Of a stretch of DNA of 64,000 nucleotides, positions 63,200 to 64,000 are shown piece after piece. Numbering within the stretch: the stretch's first letter is position 1; each line of letters begins with the position of its first letter. The translations under genes were made by a program, and so were the position numbers. Origin of the DNA: Alphaproteobacteria bacterium (GTDB lineage Bacteria > Pseudomonadota > Alphaproteobacteria > UBA828); contig CAXXVO010000018.1 of the NCBI GenBank assembly GCA_963422645.2, forward strand, positions 96,001 through 160,000, given 5' to 3'. The notes beneath the pieces were generated by a model. That model was not told the origin of the DNA, ran no database searches, and was given only the letters and a program-made list of their open reading frames with translations.

Positions 63200-64000
63200 A
63201 GGGCTTCCCGACACGGGCGCCGATGCAGCTCGAGGATCGCCCCCGGGCGCAACAGTGGATGGTGGACACGCTGTGGGCCGAGCAGGCCGTGGGCATCGTC
63301 GGCGGCGAGCCCAAGTGCGGCAAATCCCTGCTCGCGCTCGATCTCGCCGTCGCCGTGGCCACCGGCGTCCCATGCCTGCGCCACTACCGCCCCAGCGCAA
63401 GCGGCACCGTGCTGCTCTTCGCCGCCGAGGACGCCGGCCACAGGGTGCGCAAGCGTCTGCAGGGGATCGCCCGCGCCGCCGCCACCCCCTTCGACGAACT
63501 CGACATCGCCGTCATCGACGTGCCCACCCTGCGTCTCGACCAGCGCATCGACCGTCAGCGCCTGCAGGAGACCGTGGAGCGCATCGAACCGCGCCTCCTG
63601 ATCCTCGATCCCCTGGTCCGCCTGCACAGCGTCGACGAGAACGCCGTCGCAGAGATCGCCCCCATCCTCGGCTTCCTGCGCGAACTGCAGCGCCGCTTCG
63701 AAACCGCCGTCCTCCTCGTCCACCACGCCCGCAAGAGCGGCGGCACCCGGCCGGGGCAGGCCCTGCGCGGGAGCAGCGAGCTGCACGCTTGGGGTGACTC
63801 AAATCTGTACCTGCGCCGGCGCGACAAGAAGATCGTCATGACGGTCGAGCAGCGCGACGCCCGGGGCCTCAACGACATCGAGCTGGAACTCGTCGACGGC
63901 GGACATGGGCCGGCCTTCCGTCTGCACCAGGACGCGGCAGATGAAGACAGGCACGAGCCCGCCACCGTCGAGCAGCGCGTCTTCAAGGCGATCGAGCAGG
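63196..64000 (+). CDS. RecA-fold ATPase, RSF1010 RepA/AAA_25 helicase-like (3' end outside the window)
   Basis: Not in the ORF track. Read manually from GTG 63196: WMVDTLW, GGEPKCGKS, FAAED, LLILDPL, VHHARK, LRGSS; GTGA overlap with the ExeA-like gene. Confidence 0.85.
   Translation, partial: MKGFPTRAPMQLEDRPRAQQWMVDTLWAEQAVGIVGGEPKCGKSLLALDLAVAVATGVPCLRHYRPSASGTVLLFAAEDAGHRVRKRLQGIARAAATPFDELDIAVIDVPTLRLDQRIDRQRLQETVERIEPRLLILDPLVRLHSVDENAVAEIAPILGFLRELQRRFETAVLLVHHARKSGGTRPGQALRGSSELHAWGDSNLYLRRRDKKIVMTVEQRDARGLNDIELELVDGGHGPAFRLHQDAADEDRHEPATVEQRVFKAIEQ

Larger units (their letters stand above)
58904..64000. mobile_element. Second Mu-like element (left end; right end outside the window)
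   Basis: TGTAGACGGACGAAAGTCGTTGTGAATC; L2 GGACGGAAGTCTTTGCGAATCGG (59027-59049); downstream GGCCGTGAATTGGCTGGAAACGG...TTTTCGGGGCGTTTCAGGGGT nearly identical to 40747-40792. Confidence 0.8.
60061..64000 (+). mobile_element. Multi-gene DDE transposon inserted in muF (right end outside the window)
   Basis: Starts TGGTGG exactly where the muF frame breaks; four co-oriented ORFs, the last three overlapping. Confidence 0.75.

Overview
High-GC chromosomal segment whose gene content and synteny point to an Alphaproteobacterium, probably Rhodospirillales-like (inferred from motA/motB-like genes, xerD, aroKB, accA, ccmABC, acnA, cysE-iscR-iscS-fdx-mnmA, anmK/tyrS, NDUFA12, nrdJ and aspS). Positions 1-40.6 kb and 48.7-58.3 kb hold housekeeping and catabolic genes. 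There are two mobile-element hotspots. (1) 40610-45970 is a TGTAG...CTACA element with a 5-bp target duplication (GTCAC) and Mu-att-like arrays of repeated end sites. It retains only phage-type cargo and contains an IS21 that is itself interrupted by an IS4. Directly after it (46067-48577) is a complete IS66 (19-bp IRs, 8-bp TSD) carrying a minimal DNA adenine methyltransferase translationally coupled to its transposase, inserted just upstream of the nrdJ promoter. (2) From 58904 to the window end, a second, diverged copy of the same Mu-like end disrupts a sugar ABC ATPase gene. It carries a MuF-family head protein with a putative nuclease tail, followed by a compact three-way-junction structure and no immunity ORF. 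The muF gene is cut by a further transposon of at least four genes (Cys-rich ORF, DDE transposase, ExeA/TnsC-like ATPase, RepA-like ATPase). All family assignments rest on motif recognition by eye; no database search was run.
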